Source of the DNA: Podospora anserina
Lineage: Eukaryota
DNA length: 64,000 bases
Reading direction: 5' to 3'
Assembly: GCA_017654855.1 (NCBI GenBank)
Contig: CM030334.1
Location: 3,410,001-3,474,000 of the forward strand
Shown: in pieces, positions 11,657 through 22,839 of the stretch
Position numbering within the stretch: position 1 is the first letter of the stretch
Layout: each line of letters starts with the position of its first letter
Notes under the pieces: model-generated
Databases searched by the model: none
What the model saw: the letters and a program-made list of their open reading frames with translations, nothing else
What the model was told of the DNA's origin: nothing
Made by a program: the position numbers and the translations under genes

Positions 11657-14427
11657 TTCCCGTCAATCTCGAGACAGCATCATGCAGTTTGCGCCAACTT
11701 CACACCGAACAATTGCCATGAGCGGGAAAGAGGGCTCTTTTTTTCTTTTCGTTTTCTTTTTTTGTATTCGATTTTGCATTATGATCATGGTGTTGCTTTT
11801 TATGTAATTGAGCTTTGCCGCTCTATTTTTCTCCTTGGTGCATCCGCTTAGATGATGGTCAACATAAGTTGTTTGACAGGTACCTAGATGTCTGGGTCCA
11901 ATCCAGAGCCAGCGATATTATGACTTACACAATCTGTTCTTTCCTGGTTTTATAGAGTGGGGACGAATGGCCGGGATCGACTGGGGTAGCGAGGGTAGAT
12001 GAAACTTGACGGTTGTCATTTGCGGGGGATGAATGGCTGGAAGAACATGTGGGGGGCAAGTTTGCACTTCTTTCGGTATTTTGCATAGCGGCCGTTGTCG
12101 TTCTTGCTCTTACAGAGAGAGAATTGGCACACCGTTCTTGGGAAGACCACTAGCGACACCGCGTTGAGAATAAGCTTTCATCCGTACATTTTAGCTTTCA
12201 GTTTACAATTTCAGAGTTGGTGTATTGAGGAATCCTGTATCGAGAGCTACCCTGGACCAGCAAAGTCTATGGAATGGAAATCTGCACTGTAAGCAGCAGG
12301 ATTTGCACACATCACCGCGACGTTTACCGATGACTTATTACTCGTGCTCCGATATTATTGTCTCCCATCACTTCTCCGCTATGAAGGCTCTCAGAATACA
12401 CACCAATACCAAGCGAAACAGGATAATTACACGACACAATAGCGCTCATCACGGTACTGCGTAATTACTTCTGTAAGCTTTCAGTCACCTAACTGCCACT
12501 TGTCCAACATCTGTCAGGTTGCTCTTGGACACCCGCCAACGTTCATGCATACCAGACTGCCGGTACGTGTCACCCAAATCTGCACGCTTTGGGAGGCCTA
12601 TGCATGTTCCCGCTCGGTTTTTTCCTTTGGGATTAGCCTGGTGGAAAGTCAACCTGGTGGGGTCGTGGCACCTCGTTTCTCCAATATTCCCTGCCTGCCC
12701 ACCGACAATCTGCGCTGGCCCGAAAAAGGTGCACTTGCAGCTTTTTAACGGAACAAGTTTGAATCGGATGAACGCTGGTTTGGGAAAGCCTACATGGGAT
12801 ATCTGCAGTCCAAGATTGATAGCGTACAGATTGCGGAGGATGCGACTTGCATGGCATGGCCGCTTGTTTACTAGCCTGGGCCCTGTCTGCCTGTCAAGTT
12901 GAGACTTTTACTACTCCTGGGATACATTCTCGACATCGCAGGTCATCGCTTCTCCTCTTTCTACATCCCTTTCTACATCCCACCGCAGCGGCATTCGATG
13001 CAGCCCGGTCATCGTCAGCTGGATACATCAAGCGGGCTTGCTATACCGGATTCCATTTGCATTATTTGTGGTACGATACGCATAGGATCGAGGTAAATAG
13101 ACGGGCAGGTATTTGATCATGGGTACATCCTGCAGAGTAAGCAACGCAGTCAGGTACCCTACCGTGACGTCGGGCTACAATTTGGTAATCACATCCCGGA
13201 CGCTCTAGATACCTACACTGTCCATATAGGTCTACACATGACAAAGCCGCAAGGAGCTGCCGAGTGATCTCGAGGTGCGAGTGGGGACAAATGCATGTGC
13301 ATGCCATTTTGTCGAAGTGCAGCCTTTGTTGCAGATCATCTTGAGCACTCGAGATCAGATATCCTCTCCGGATCAGGAATACTTTCCGGGGTCATGGATT
13401 TGATTGGATGAGCACCCATCAAGCGCATGCAGTGCGAGGGTGGGGCCCTGTAGCTGGTCCGAAGTTGCCTTGGTGCATGTCCGCCTTCCATTGTGGCCGC
13501 TCTCCGGCCTTATCAGCCCTGCTGGTCATGAACAATGAATTAACAGGAAGCTTTCGTACCATAATACGGGCTCATAACTTAAGCCTTGGAAGCAAGCTGT
13601 AGATGTTTGCAACTTGGAGTCCCGTAGTCTCTGTTATCCAGTCACAGTTGAGTCGATCGCTATTAATAGGGAGTTGAGATAAATGTAAAAGGTAAACATG
13701 AACAATGAACGGGGTAGTGAGTGGATAGGTAAGGATGTGGTGATACACCCCCGGCCACTCTGCCGGCTGTGATGATTTTGGTCGCACGTGCGGGGCAGCT
13801 TGCTGCAAAGCCCAGAAGAGGAGGTGGCTTGATTTCGCTCCCGCCACACCCGCCCCTCTAGTGTCTAACTGTGTGCTACCTGGTAGCTTAAGACTTTACG
13901 AAACTTATTATATGGAAGATTTTGATACCCATTCCCTCTTGCCGGAAACCAACAAAAACACCTGTGGTCATCTCCCCAGTGAATTCCAATTGATGGTGGT
14001 TCCATGAGGTATCTTGAGCACTATGTAGCCATTTCCAAGCCCACGCACGATGAATCTTTGGTCACTGTCTACCTACCAAATGGGGTTCCAGCGCAAGTTG
14101 AGCCAAACTGCTGGATCAATCACAACCATCCGAAGTAGCCTAGCCGTGATCCATCGCTGCACGCGCTGCCGGGCGGAGGGGTGGGAGACGGTCTGCACAC
14201 CTTATGCATCCGTGCGGCAGTGAGCCCACCTACACAAGTAAACGTACAACGGTGTCTTGCTAACTATATATCGATCACCTCCAGCTCTTTTCTAGATGAG
14301 AAGACATCATTCTCTTTTTTCATCCCAAAGTTCCTTTCATCTCACGATTCGAAGCTTTTTCCAGAGTCAAGTTTTACTTGCTCGTGTCACATTGTATCCC
14401 ATCACAGACAGCAGATCCATATTCACC

Positions 14428-14859
14428 ATGCCCTCCACCTCCAACACCAAGCTTAGCACCTCGGTAACACACAACACCAAAAACTCAATGTTGGTCGTCA
14501 TTTTACTTGCCTCGTATCCCACTCTTCCAACATGATTTTAACAGTTATTTTCTGCTTGTAGCTCTCGATACCCCCAGCCTCTCTCAACCCAGTCACCATC
14601 GACAGTCACCCCTTCCGCAATCAAGAAAGCGTCACCCAAGAAGAAGCGCAACAACGCCATGTTGGAGTACTACCTTGCCGAGTCTCCCAGAGACGGAGCA
14701 AACATGTACTGTCGTTGTCACTCTGGCTACCATCCAACATCAACCCCGTCGTCGGCGCCGTCCCTTTCTTCGGCCATCACATCCCCCAAGAAAGAGTCGA
14801 CCGCCTATGCTTCCAAGGCCGCGGATGATTTTGACACTGCATTTACCGAGAATCGATAA
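14428..14859 (+). CDS. Small protein B of cluster, most likely join(14428..14489,14562..14859), 119 aa
   Basis: ATG in TCACCATGC; phase-2 intron GTTGGT...TTTAAC...TGTAG (alternative 14464-14544 also in frame) gives MPSTSNTK...KKASPKKKRNNAMLEYYLAESPRDG...AYASKAADDFDTAFTENR*. Confidence 0.7.
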
Positions 14860-16059
14860 AGAAAGGGATTTTTCTCTGTTGCGGCACGGTGCTGGTCATT
14901 CTCAGGCGGCGCGGAGCGGAGCAAAGCTCGGGTGACACACCGGAGCAGACCCACATTTCCGGCGCGGAATTCATGGTCAGTCATGCGGAGCTCGGAGGCT
15001 GTTGGCGGCGCGAAATATGTGATGAAATTGATGATTGGCTGAAGCCACGACAAAAAAAAATTGGATCTTTTTTTCTTCTCGGTCTGTTGCAGCGGTTGAT
15101 CGGCGTTTTATGCGGGTAGCTAGCTGGTTGGACGGACTAGTTTCTCAACTTGGATAATGTTTGTACAATACTCTTATTTTTTTTTAATTCATGCTCCTAT
15201 CACTGTGACCTAATAGTCTTAACTCCTGCTGTTCAAGACATAAGACATCCATTGTACCTAGTTCGTTCTTTTGGTATAAGCAAGTCTAGCGATACCTCGG
15301 TGCGACCCGCACTAACAGATAGTCTTTTGGTGAGAAAGCAACACCTAATATCGAACAGAACAAGGCTGTCTCGTGCAGGAATTGGTAAATGGATAAATAT
15401 CCCCCTTACATATAGTGTACCGTCTCTTACCCCGAAGGCAATCGGCAATTAGTTATACAATTTCTCCTTGATCGGTGCGCTAGTAGAGCAGGTGCGACTT
15501 GATACTATGCTTGTCGGTAAACCTTCCACGTTTAAGCCACGCTCGTCACTATTCCGCAGTTGCTGTTGTGCTACCAAGCATCTTTATGGATTTAACCCTG
15601 TCCCGGAGCTTTGTCCCCCACTCTGCTTGCAGATGGAGTGGCGTTGTAATTAAACGATCAGGACGGAATCTACAGGTTGAAAAAGACATCATTCCGTAAT
15701 GGGTAGGTTAGCGCCGAGGACCCCGATTGTTGCATGGCCAGCCGGATCTACGAGTGCATAGCTTGCTTGCCTGGGCAGAGCGTGGCTCCTGCATGGCGAT
15801 TGTGGGTAGCGTGTGCCAACAGTTTTTTGCCGGATGACCGCAAGGCTGCTTAATGCGACGTCCCCTATTGTCAGTTCTACTCTATATCTTCACATCCTCC
15901 TACACCGTTAAGGATCCTCGTAGAACCGTCTCTATTCATTTTGTGCCGACGACTGGATAGTTGTCCCAGAGCACCCCCCTTTGTCGCTTTCATTCACCTA
16001 CACGACTGCAAACTCACCTTCCTGACTCTGCTCTATCTCAGCGGAACCACTCCCAAAAG

Positions 16060-16469
16060 ATGTCTGCCCCTTCAACATCTTCCTCCTCGAAACTTCGGTA
16101 TGTTTTGTTTCCGTTCGGGCTCCCGGTGTCAAGTTGTGTGATCTAATAAATTTTCTTATTATCAGCATCGAGTTGAGCAGTCCAACTCTATCCAGCGCAA
16201 CCCTTGGTCGCTCCCAACTCCAAAGCTCCAACAACCTCAGCAGCACGACTACTTTCAGCATCACCGCAACAAGCACCACCACATCATTGCACCAACTCGA
16301 GGGCTTCATTGAGCAAGACATGTTCGACGATGGCACTATTCATAGTAGAGTGCCGGAACATGAAGTCCATTTCGATGAAGACTCGTGCGTCCCCTTCTAC
16401 GAAGCACGCGCACACGCTGCCATCGCGCAATTCGAGATTGCTTTTGCAAGCGGTGATGAAGAGCGCTGA
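16060..16469 (+). CDS. Small protein C of cluster, join(16060..16097,16166..16469), 113 aa
   Basis: ATG in AAAAGATGT; canonical phase-2 intron GTATGT...CTAAT...ATCAG joins MSAPSTSSSSKLR in frame to ...HQLEGFIEQDMFDDG...FYEARAHAAIAQFEIAFASGDEER*. Confidence 0.78.
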
Positions 16470-16811
16470 AGGGAGATTGGGCTGGGCGTGCACAGTGTGG
16501 CCTGTTTCGCAGCCTCAACTCCCATGATCCAGCCAATCAACTCGATGCAACAGGGGAGGGGTGGCTGCCTGTTTTGGGGGTGGTGTGCCAACAACTCCTA
16601 CCCCGCACCCCGCCGCCGGGCGGCCCTGCCCTGCCTGCCTGGTACTTCTTTTCATCCTCCAGCAAAAGCGAAAATTGTTGCTGGAGATGTGTGGAAGCCA
16701 TCTTTTCCCACCAGCTCCTCGACATAGCCATCGACAATCAACACCACCCCCACCTTCCCATCCAACAGCTATATCTCTATAATTTCTCTCATTTCTACTT
16801 CCATCACTTAT

Positions 16812-16949
16812 AAACGGAAAAAAAAACATTGAAATTTTTTTTTGATAAAAAGAATTTGATAAAAAAAATTTTAAGAAAAGAATTTGAAAAAAGGAATTTG
16901 AAAAAAAGAATTTGAAAAAAAAAAAGAAATTTGAAAAGAAAAAAAAAGA
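16812..16949. repeat. Degenerate A-rich minisatellite, unit ~GAATTTGA(n)
   Basis: About 6-7 imperfect copies of (a)gaatttgaaaaa(a) read directly. Confidence 0.85.
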
Positions 16950-17714
16950 CATCACATCCTGTTTTATTCTCCCCTACTCTTCTTATTTAAGTTTTTCCTG
17001 CAGCACTTGGCTTCTGAGAAAAAAATCACAAAAAAGGCACTATATGGGGTCTGCGCTTGGTGCAAGCTTCACGGGCGAGCGAGCTGACGTCAAAAGTGGA
17101 TACGAATGGTTTCAGTTTCGTGTCAGGGATCTACTTTCTTCAGTTTAAACTTTTTGGATTGTGATTTTAGGGATAGCACGAGGAGAGAGAGGCGGTTCAT
17201 CAATGGCACATGACAGCAAACGTAAACAGGCACAACGCATATGATGACATGGCGGGGGTGTAACTGGTTAGAGGATGTGGACTTGGTTTCTGTTGATTTA
17301 TAGCAGATGGGTGGGTAGATAGAATATCTTTTTGTGGAGTCAAATATATCCCGTTTTCTCCCACCACAAAGCACGGATGGGTTAGATGCATGTGCAGGGT
17401 ACCTATCTTCAATCTTCACGCATGTCCAAATTTGAGTTTGCACAGGAGTTAGTTAGTCGGTTCCATTCGACTGTGAGATCATCATTCTAAGGAGCACAAA
17501 CACGCAAAGTTGTGAGCAAAGTATTATTTATATATTACGTTAGACTCTAGACAACAAACTCACCTACCTGGGCCGATATCAAACTTACCGTATGCATAAA
17601 TGAAATCCAAGCACTTACCTTGAAACCTACGATCAGCAAGTTCCTTTCCTCTACTCCAAGATATTCCGACCGTACTCATCTGGCGCCGTCAGCATAGTGA
17701 GAATGAGGTCATGA

Positions 17715-18709
17715 TTACCGGCAGCCCTGGCCTCGATGAGCTTGTCCAACGCGTTCCGCGTCTTCAGGTTCCGCGTCTTCAGAATCCGTCCTCAGGATAT
17801 CAGGATGCAGCGGCTCATCAACGAAGTGCCACTCTTGCATGGAGCACAAATGAGCCGGTATCCGCTTCAAGTTGGGTGGTACCAATACTTTTGGCAAGAG
17901 ACCGGGGAACAGCCTGTTGAAGTCCAACCCCAAACCCACGTCCTTTCAGGAGAAAATGATTGGGGCATCGGTGTTGCCACATAAAAGCTGATGGGCAGGG
18001 CGGTCACGGTAGAGGTTGCGCTGGAACTTACACTCCACGCACCTCCGTTCGTGACGAGCCTTGCCAACGATGTGAGGGCTTGTCTCTTCAATGCAGTTTT
18101 CGTGCTTCCTGCGAACTTCCTCTACATCTTCGTCATCATTCATCACCTGTTCACTGCTTTGATCCAGTCGAAGGACGTCTGATACTGCTGCCGGTACTGC
18201 TCGGTGAGTTCTCTGTCTTGCTCCGCTCGCCTCTGAATCGATGAGAGCCTGCTCTCTGTCGTGGTTGCAAGTTTCCAATCTGTGAGGGCCATCTTCTGCA
18301 CTTCGGAACTTCTCATCCAAGGTTTCCTTGTGGCTGTGTTGAACAACTCACTGTCATCAAACATGGCATTCGAGGGAAGTTTCATGCAACCGAAACAAGC
18401 GTACCGGCTGCTAGCCCACCAGTCCCGGCCACGGTTTGTCATGGGTGGTATGGCCTCGTGTAAAAGACGAAATCTCGGGTGCCGAAATGGGTAGCCTGGG
18501 TAGTCGTCCGGCTCCGGGCCACCATCCTTGGGAAGAAGTTCGAGAGCGAGTAGACGCTGTTGAAAGTCATGTTCAATAGGGTTGATAGATTTGCGAAGGC
18601 CCTTGGAGGTTTGAGAAAGGGCGATGAGAGAAACGGGATCGAGGCAGGAAATAAGGTCGATGAGAATATCCACTGGGAGGGAGATTAAGACGTCCTGAAC
18701 AGAAGCCAT
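17715..18709 (-). pseudogene. F-box protein gene, disrupted by a frameshift and an in-frame stop
   Basis: N-terminal F-box-like LISLPVDILIDLISCLDPVSLIALSQTSKGLR and YACFGC. The ORF stops at 18143, coding-like sequence continues in another frame (GKARHERRCVECKF), hits TGA at 17946-17948 and resumes in that frame (FNRLFPGLL). 3' limit uncertain. Confidence 0.65.
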
Positions 18710-20395
18710 GGTGGAAAAGTTCGATAGTATGTTGTAGCTGTGTACTGATTTCGGTGTTGAGGCGTGCTGAAAAATATGATGATTCGAAAAGCAAACCGTA
18801 TGAGAGGGGTATGCGCTGGTCTTTTATACGAGACATTTTCATGATACTCCGGCGGCCAAATTCAATGTTTGATTGGAAGGACAATAGGCATTGTCTATGC
18901 AAGCCAAGTGGAAGGCCACAAAGAAGGATGATTCGCTCCGGTAATAAAACAAAGAAATTCATCTTCGCCTGCTTTGTGGGCCAAGTCGCGAGGGGCGCCA
19001 AAAAAGGGCTCCATCTCCCCGTTGCGCGTCGTCGACTTGGAAACAGTGAAGGTCTGGGAGATCGTGCAACAAATATGAACACTGTTCTGAGGACATGATC
19101 AGGCAGACAAGCATGTCCACTTTCATTGTGCTGCCTCCAACAGAACATACGAGAGTTGGACTGATATTGTCAAGTAGGAGGGGAACAGCGGTTTTTGCTG
19201 ATGATCGGCATGGGCGACTGCGAATAATCTGATACCGTCGTAGTCTAAGCGAGGGTGAGGTCGCATGAGAGGGACAGGAAGTCGCCCATGAGTCGAGTTC
19301 ATGCGGTCGATATCGGGGAACGCGCAGGGTCGAGAGTTGGCAGTGCTCGAAATCGAAACCAGCCGAGGCCGAGGAGAACGCTTGTCAAACTTCAAGCGTG
19401 ATGTCAGACTGCGCTGTAGAAAGGATACAGCTTTTGCCTTGCAGCCAAGCAGGTAATGCTGGGGAGTTCGTCCAGTTTCGGGGGGTCGAGGGTCTATTTC
19501 CACAGTACTTTAATCCATCGCAGTTTTGTCTGGTATGTACAATGCTGGACCGATGGTATGCCGCGTAACAGGAGAGTGAGCGTGGACTTCATGTCTCCAC
19601 ATGCGCGCGGGCATTGCATATTTGGAAGCCAGTCGAGAGGCGGCTTGCAGTGGCGATGGTGAGGAGATGTCTGAGAAGCTCGACTGAAAGGACCGAAACG
19701 GCATTGGCAGGGTGAAAGCATTGTCGTCCTCGAAAAGTCGAGGATGGAAAGATGGTTAAGAGCACCCGAGGGTCTTGGACTTAATATGCCACCTGAAGGG
19801 CCAAGGGCACAGTTGTGTATCAAACCACGCCAGAAGCGTGGCCTGCTTGTGTCTAATGAGAAAGGAAACAAGTCCAAAAAGCCCAAAGTACGCCATGCTC
19901 AATCCCATGCCGAGTTGGAATACGACGGAGAGCGTGCCCGTCGAAGGATTGTAAGGAAAATCAGGCCAAGGGTCAGCTGTACCCATCATCAAGAGCTTCC
20001 AAGTTCCTGCCCTTCCAGGAGGTTAAGATTCAGGAGCTTGCCGAGCAAGTGCCCATTGGTCAGATTCCCAGGACACTGACGCCAAAGGCCGCTGGGATTG
20101 TCATGTTGATTCAGACATCTGCAGAATGTCCAAATCGGAGGCGACGTCGATGGAGAGGTTTCAAGAGAATGTCCAGGAATTCATTGCGCTCAAAATCTTT
20201 GAATTGGCAGGTTTGATGTTCAGAGGCTGCAGCCATGTGTTGATGTATGGCAAAAAAGGGTGTTGATTAGAAGCACGCGGTCGAAGGTGGTGTCCATAGT
20301 TGGTCAGAGTCAAAAAAAACCCACGAGTGAAGAGGTAAGTGTAAGTCTCTTACTCTGTTTCTGTTTGCCAAGTAATGCGGCTCTGACACACTATT

Positions 20396-20425
20396 GCGAA
20401 CCATTTGCGAACCACTTGCGAACCA
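20396..20425. repeat. Tandem 11-mer GCGAACCAYTT, ~2.7 copies
   Basis: gcgaaccattt gcgaaccactt gcgaacca read directly, ~550 bp upstream of small gene D. Confidence 0.8.
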
Positions 20426-20965
20426 CAAGGCACCCAACAACCTCACCTCTCGCCGCTTTAATGGGCGGTTGAGGGTTAGGGTTATCTGCTGCGTAAGTGT
20501 AAACATTTCACTTTCTCACGACCATACAACTTGCCATGGATGGCAAGGGTCTTGCTGCGCGGGAGTGCGCACGTTTGGATCCGCTCGACCAGTCTTTCAA
20601 ATAAGAAGCATTCCCTCGATCTCCTATATCACGGTAGCCATAGCCTTCCATTCTGTTCAAGTTGAGCACTTACAGGTTCTTTGGAAGTCGTTCAAGATTC
20701 CCGAGCTGTTTTAGCAACCTTCTTCCATTCTTATCCAAGTAGATTGTGCTCTCCCTTCTACCTTTTCCAGCTCACTTCATCAATTGACCCGGATCTTTCC
20801 AGCCCCAACCATCAATCGCTCTACGCCCCACGATGCAGCATCTTCTACCTGACAACAACCCTCAACCCGTGGAAGGGCAAATGTAGGTTGCAATATTTCC
20901 CATTGTCCTTTTTTCCCCATCATACCCCAGTGGGCTGCTTTTCTCTCGGGTCCATAAATACTACC

Positions 20966-21271
20966 ATGTCTTTGTTTGTGTTCTTTCCTTGTCATTCAGA
21001 TGCCAATCACTTGATATCCATCCGATCTTTCCGCGACCACTCACACATTTCAAGACCTCCACGCACGAACCAAGCCCCTCCCCCACAAGCTATGACCTTC
21101 ATCTCGGATTGCCTCAACACCTTCCTCCAGCAAAGCGACCTCGCCGATCCAATTGCGTACGGCAGATTGGTTGGTTCCAATGCAGACCTAAAAACCCGCA
21201 CCCGAATCTACCTCCAAAAGGCAAATGAAGCTATACAGACTTTTAATGCTTCATTTGCCGCCGGCAATTGA
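20966..21271 (+). CDS. Small protein D of cluster, likely join(20966..20973,21055..21271), 74 aa
   Basis: ATG in CTACCATGT; putative phase-2 intron GTTTGT...CTCAC...CAAG (81 nt, stop-free); product MSLPPRTNQAPPPQAMTFISDCLNTFLQQSDLAD...IYLQKANEAIQTFNASFAAGN*. Confidence 0.65.
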   Translation: MSLFVFFPCHSDANHLISIRSFRDHSHISRPPRTNQAPPPQAMTFISDCLNTFLQQSDLADPIAYGRLVGSNADLKTRTRIYLQKANEAIQTFNASFAAGN

Positions 21272-22839
21272 TCTTTCTTTCCCTTTGGGGTTGGCGTCTC
21301 TCTCGACCAATAACAGGTTCCATCTGCACATCACTATGCCAATAAGCCGGCCCGTTAAGGCTTAATAACGCATCGACCAACCAATGGATGTCATATCGAT
21401 TGCTGGTGGCTGCGGGGCGACAGAAGTGCAGGGCCCGCCCACCCCATTCCCCGACATCATGACAGTCCTCTTTCCTCCCGATATTTTTCATCGCGGGTTA
21501 TCACCGAGATGCAATTCTCATCCAGTGGCACCTTCCCAGCTCTCTTCGATGTTCTTCACCACTTTTGCGGACCCGCTGAACCCAGTATTGGCCCGCTCGA
21601 AACCACCGCCTTCCCAGATGTCGCATTTCCGGAGACGCAAAGAACCTATCCTCGCGTGCCAATCGTGGACGGCAGCCGGCCTTGTGGTGTTCCCAGCGAT
21701 GTGGTTCGGCTCCGTCATCCCGGTTCTTGGTCACGTGCCGCGGGTGTAACGGTGGACAAGCCTACCCGCACCGTGTGGCTCATACGGTGTACCTGTTTAA
21801 GCCCAGTGCACGAATGTGGTTCGTGGGGACTGTTAGTCAAGCCAACTTCAAGCACTGGCGAGTGGAACTGAAAGGGAAATGGAACCAAAATAGGTGCGGA
21901 TACAATTGTTCTGGGTATTTACTGGATTTCTTTGGGTGGTGTGTAGAATAAGATGGAATTCTCAGCACAGGTTGCATGTTCTATATCGTTGAGTTGGTAC
22001 CTACCGTATGGACCGATCTACTTTACTCTTGACGCCAAATATTATTTATACCGCTACCCCTTCCTTCATGTTCCCCGAAACCAAGGGTTTTATGTAGTAT
22101 ATTCTCAGTTTAGTCTTCTGGAAATAAACCCTTTATGCTTCTTAAGCGGAGAACATCCTGGTGACGAAAAAGAACAAGATGGGCAGTTTACTGTGGGGCA
22201 AGACTTAAATGTGGATAATCTTCCAACTCTTCTCGTGCGCACCTATAGCGGTGGTCCTCCCTCACACTCATCTTCATGGTACAAGCTACGTACGGTCCAT
22301 CGATCTCCTGCTCCGATGCTCATCATTTTCCGTGCAATATAATGGGGGCAGTCGGAGCAGTTGTTAGTATGGTTGCGCTTGTTAATCTGACTTTGAGGTC
22401 AGGAAAGCCGATTCACTAAACCATCTCTGCCGTGAAATACAGCCCTGGAGGTTTTCTCGAACTCGTCGATTAACTTACCCAGCCCCAGTCGATTCTACAG
22501 CGGGTGACTACTGTATCACTTGATTCAACCCATCATGTCAACACAACAGGACAATGGGACGCCGCTAGGAACTGCGCAGCAAATGTAATACACCTGAAAG
22601 ACAATTGCAGAAACTTGATAACCCGTTTAATAACCGACGATCGAGGCAGCGATAGCACCGCTTGAGGGTTGCCATCATCACGATGGACTACAGCACATAA
22701 GGCAGAACATACAAGGACACATCTCTAGGTATTTTCACGGTGAATCTAGGTTACAAAACTATTAGCTAAGTACATCCACCCCTAGTCCTCTAACCCATCC
22801 AGGAATGTTAACGAGCTAACCCACCCCTCCCAAGTCCCT

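Noticed and set aside
12847-13116. ORF containing YIKRA, resembling the start of the cluster's block 2
   Set aside because: Lacks F-[DEN]-x-x-F and block 1, and no convincing start or intron; likely chance.
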